Below, piece by piece: positions 63,768 through 64,000 of a DNA stretch of 64,000 bases (position 1 is its first letter; each line of letters opens with the position of its first letter). The stretch is taken from the NCBI RefSeq assembly GCF_009914755.1, contig NC_060935.1, one strand, 5' to 3'. A program made the translations under genes and the position numbers. Under the pieces are notes generated by a model. That model did no database searches, was not told the DNA's origin, and worked only from the letters and a program-made list of their open reading frames with translations. Source of the stretch: the human T2T-CHM13v2.0 reference genome, Homo sapiens.

Positions 63768-64000
63768 TTTTTATTTTATTTTATTATTCTTTAAGTTTTA
63801 GGGTACATGTGCACAACGTGCAGGTTTGTTACATATGTATACATGTGCCATGTTGGTGTGCTGCACCCATTAACTCGTCATTTAACATTAGGTATATCTC
63901 CTAATGCTATCCCTCCCCCTCCCCCCACCCCACAACAGGCCCCGGTGTGTGATGTTCCCCTTCCTGTGTCCATGTGTTCTCATTGTTCAATTCCCACCTA
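63768..64000 (-). mobile_element. L1PA (primate L1) 3' end; continues past the window
   Basis: ttaagttttagggtacatgtgcacaacgtgcaggtttgttac...cccctccccccaccccacaac is the canonical L1PA 3' UTR. Confidence 0.95.

Overview
Primate (human-like) genomic DNA that I recognise as the DSCAML1-FXYD2-FXYD6 locus (human 11q23.3). All three genes are on the minus strand. 1-13445 is DSCAML1 intron 1, and DSCAML1 exon 1 lies in a CpG island at ~12.3-13.9 kb. The intergenic part holds a 5'-truncated HERV-H with a 3' LTR7 (26.5-30.7 kb) between convergent CTCF-like motifs. FXYD2 (Na,K-ATPase gamma subunit) is complete, with alternative first exons 1a and 1b (36.5-44.5 kb). All coding exons and the 3' UTR of FXYD6 follow (53.4-59.2 kb), then an L1/Alu-rich part of its upstream intron. 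The most unusual structure is a ~210-bp copy of the FXYD2a promoter and exon 1a at 43255-43464. It keeps both HNF1 sites intact, has lost its splice donor, and is bracketed by mutually inverted (TCTA)n/(TAGA)n microsatellites. Other notable items: a stop-free in-frame FXYD2 intron ending in a rare GAG acceptor; a phase-compatible FXYD6-FXYD2 read-through; a three-copy motif forming a 48-bp hairpin; a tailless Alu with a TSD; and a uORF overlapping the DSCAML1 start. Exon coordinates were read by hand from splice sites. Old-repeat boundaries and subfamilies are approximate.
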